From positions 32,001 through 96,000 of IMG/VR virus record IMGVR_UViG_3300046779_001412: a stretch of 64,000 nucleotides of DNA; one strand, 5' to 3'. A program made the translations under genes and the position numbers. Of this stretch, positions 62,172 through 64,000 are shown piece after piece (the first letter of the stretch is position 1; every line of letters begins with the position of its first letter). This stretch comes from a virus. The notes under the pieces were generated by a model. It was not told the origin of the DNA and made no database searches. It worked only from the letters and a program-made list of their open reading frames with translations.

Positions 62172-62249
62172 TGGTCTCGGTGGAGAGATTCGAACTCCCG
62201 ACCCTCTGCTCCCAAAGCAGATGCGCTACCCAGGCTGCGCTACACCGAG
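62172..62249 (-). tRNA. tRNA-Pro(TGG)
   Basis: TCTGC-TTTGGGA-GCAGA; encoded CCA. Confidence 0.92.
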
Positions 62250-62330
62250 ATTATTGACGATTTATTACATACAGCAATGCCGCCATCATTGCTATAACTA
62301 TGATTGCCCCATGATTGTTCTCCGGTTGTT

Positions 62331-62406
62331 TGGTAGGGGATGAGGGACTCGAACCCCCGCATGGCGGAATCAAAATCCGCTGCCTTACCAGCTTGGCGAA
62401 TCCCCA
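62331..62406 (-). tRNA. tRNA-Gln(TTG)
   Basis: GCGGA-TTTTGAT-TCCGC; encoded CCA. Confidence 0.9.
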
Positions 62407-62412
62407 ACAGTT

Positions 62413-62562
62413 TTAACTTGGTATGATTTTAGGAATATAAGGTACATTCCTGGGACCATGACGTTGCTCAAATAACTGTTTTGCTTCTTGTAGATCTTTC
62501 GCATACACACGATCTTTGACTTCTCCTTGAGTAGTCTTGACTGTGGTTTCATACATTGGCAT
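62413..62562 (-). CDS. Small hypothetical protein
   Basis: MPMYETTVKTTQGEVKDRVYAKD...; SD AAGGAG. Confidence 0.6.
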   Translation of the reverse strand: MPMYETTVKTTQGEVKDRVYAKDLQEAKQLFEQRHGPRNVPYIPKIIPS

Positions 62563-62580
62563 AACATCTCCTTGGTTACA

Positions 62581-62655
62581 TGGCCCGACCGGCAGGAATC
62601 GAACCCACATTCTGGAGGTAGAAGCTCCATGTCCTATCCATTGAACGACGGTCGG
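62581..62655 (-). tRNA. tRNA-Arg(TCT)
   Basis: TGGAG-CTTCTAC-CTCCA; encoded CCA. Confidence 0.88.
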
Positions 62656-62661
62656 TAATAC

Positions 62662-62737
62662 TGGAGCGGGAGGCGAGATTCGAACTCGTCTATTTCAGTT
62701 TGGAAGACTGACGTGTAACCGTAAACACTTCACCCGC
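62662..62737 (-). tRNA. tRNA-Gly(TCC)
   Basis: TCAGT-CTTCCAA-ACTGA; ends TCCA. Confidence 0.9.
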
Positions 62738-62743
62738 TTAGAT

Positions 62744-63211
62744 CTATAATGCTCCATTGGCTATTCTATCTGCGGCGTAACTTGCAGCAAACGCCCGAGG
62801 TTTAACCAGGGGAATCACGTTGCAAGTACCTCGAATATAACCAATGGCCTGACTTATCACGCAACTGCTACCATGCTCTTCATTGGGGTTGATATCCAGA
62901 TGTACTTCAACTGGAAAGTCCCCCATTACCGGTGCAAGACGTTGAAACATTTCGCTCACACGATAAACTTCATTCATCAACCTCATGGCCGGCTTGTTTA
63001 ATTTGTGATCATAATCACGTTCTCTAGTTATTTCACCAAAAATTTTACAGCCGTTGTTGCCATTGATGTGAATTACCACAGCTACAGTGTATTCAGCATA
63101 CCATATGCCTTTTTCACGATAACGAATGCTGTCTGCACCTAGATAGACTTTTGTACCAGTGCCACAGGCATCTACAAATTGTTTGATTTGGTCTACATTG
63201 ATACGTGGCAC
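62744..63211 (-). CDS. RNase H-like YkuK-family protein
   Basis: KVYLGADS, EVHLDINP, AASYAAD. Confidence 0.75.
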   Translation of the reverse strand: MPRINVDQIKQFVDACGTGTKVYLGADSIRYREKGIWYAEYTVAVVIHINGNNGCKIFGEITRERDYDHKLNKPAMRLMNEVYRVSEMFQRLAPVMGDFPVEVHLDINPNEEHGSSCVISQAIGYIRGTCNVIPLVKPRAFAASYAADRIANGAL

Positions 63212-63227
63212 ATTAACTCCTTTAAGT

Positions 63228-63302
63228 TGGCCGGTCCGGAGAGATTCGAACTCCCGACAGCTGGTTTCGAAGACCAGAACTCTTCCGCTGAGCTACGGAC
63301 CG
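63228..63302 (-). tRNA. tRNA-Arg(TCG)
   Basis: CTGGT-CTTCGAA-ACCAG; encoded CCA. Confidence 0.88.
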
Positions 63303-63308
63303 ATTGTA

Positions 63309-63380
63309 TGGCGGGCCTTTGCAGGAATTGAACCTACTACTCTATCCTTTGGAGGGATACGAGATCGCCAGAGTAGACCC
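63309..63380 (-). tRNA. Atypical tRNA-Trp(CCA) with reduced D-arm
   Basis: TATCC-CTCCAAA-GGATA; T-arm GTAGG-TTCAATT-CCTGC; only 14 nt in the D region. Confidence 0.65.
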
Positions 63381-63388
63381 ATAAAACT

Positions 63389-63476
63389 TGGCGGAGAGTA
63401 TAGGATTCGAACCTATGCGCCACTTTCGCAACGACAGTTTAGCAAACTGCTGCCTTAACCACTCGGCCAACTCTCC
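63389..63476 (-). tRNA. tRNA-Ser(GCT)
   Basis: Anticodon loop TTGCTAA; long variable arm; ends GCCA. Confidence 0.92.
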
Positions 63477-63483
63477 ATGTTAC

Positions 63484-63512
63484 ATTATACCTAGATTGGT
63501 ATTTTATGTCAA
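63484..63512 (-). promoter_or_regulatory. Consensus sigma70 promoter for tRNAs
   Basis: TTGACA-N17-TATAAT, 7 nt before tRNA-Ser. Confidence 0.85.
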
Positions 63513-63520
63513 AGGTTATT

Positions 63521-63594
63521 TGGTGCCCCTTGACAGAATCGAACTGCCAATCCCGGATTACAAAACCGGTGTTATGCCATTTAACTAAAGGGGC
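63521..63594 (-). tRNA. tRNA-Thr(TGT)
   Basis: Anticodon loop TTTGTAA; encoded CCA. Confidence 0.88.
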
Positions 63595-63732
63595 TCTTGG
63601 TCCTCTTGATCTGGTATATGTGGTACACGTTGTGCCAACCACATCCAATACCAGATCAATGGGATACAACATATAAAAAATAAAAATGGGCGCATTCTTT
63701 TAGTTAGTATGCACTGTTATTTTGGAAATATT

Positions 63733-63822
63733 TGGCGGAAGCGGTGAGATTCGAACTCACGGTACCTTTCGATACGTCTGTTTTCAAGACAGGTGCAATC
63801 AACCGGACTCTGCCACACTTCC
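63733..63822 (-). tRNA. tRNA-Ser(TGA)
   Basis: Anticodon loop CTTGAAA; long variable arm. Confidence 0.92.
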
Positions 63823-63827
63823 ATCAC

Positions 63828-63901
63828 TGGTGCTCCCAACTGGTAACGATCCAGTGTCGCTACATTACCAATGTAGTGTAATGCCTTTATACTATAGGAG
63901 C
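63828..63901 (-). tRNA. tRNA-Thr(GGT) with atypical T-loop
   Basis: CTACA-TTGGTAA-TGTAG; T-loop ATCGTTA. Confidence 0.82.
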
Positions 63902-63902
63902 T

Positions 63903-63980
63903 TGGTAGCGATGGAGGGATTCGAGCCCCCGATCTTCCGCGTATGAAGCGGCTGCATTGAACCAACTATGCTACATCGCT
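63903..63980 (-). tRNA. tRNA with CAT anticodon (Met or Ile2)
   Basis: Anticodon loop TTCATAC; encoded CCA. Confidence 0.85.
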
Positions 63981-63986
63981 GTTGTA

Positions 63987-64000
63987 TGGTAGTCAGTACT
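63987..64000 (-). tRNA. Probable 3' end of another tRNA, truncated by the window edge
   Basis: TGGT (ACCA on the minus strand) at array spacing. Confidence 0.4.

Noticed and set aside
62122-63965. ORF-track entries overlapping tRNAs (e.g. 63159..63458, 63717..63965)
   Set aside because: They are spurious translations of tRNA genes.
60174-64000. HDV-like (theta) ribozymes in tRNA trailers
   Set aside because: The trailers are short or coding, and I could not build the nested double pseudoknot by eye.

Overview
This window is a 64-kb segment of a large (jumbo-type) dsDNA phage, probably infecting a Betaproteobacterium (inferred from the PqqA, PstS/porin and GroEL sequences). From left to right: (1) a virion module with a >2980-aa structural protein and tail-fibre-like genes; (2) a ~23-kb tailoring-enzyme region with GT-A and GT10-like glycosyltransferases, six near-tandem radical-SAM enzymes whose Twitch/SPASM domain is N-terminal, a carbamoyltransferase, an amidinotransferase, a DegT aminotransferase, an NAD epimerase, a PIG-L deacetylase and an SGNH protein; (3) thyX, a VWA/AAA pair and early genes with strong sigma70 promoters; (4) ahcY, rpoZ, groEL/groES with a ROSE-like thermometer, a pho-box-preceded pstS-porin operon and a circularly permuted tmRNA; (5) further methyltransferase, radical-SAM and phosphatase genes; (6) a tRNA array (15 complete, 1 truncated). 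A stand-alone pqqA (PQQ precursor peptide) missed by the ORF track abuts the array. All calls come from reading motifs by eye; no database searches or folding programs were run.
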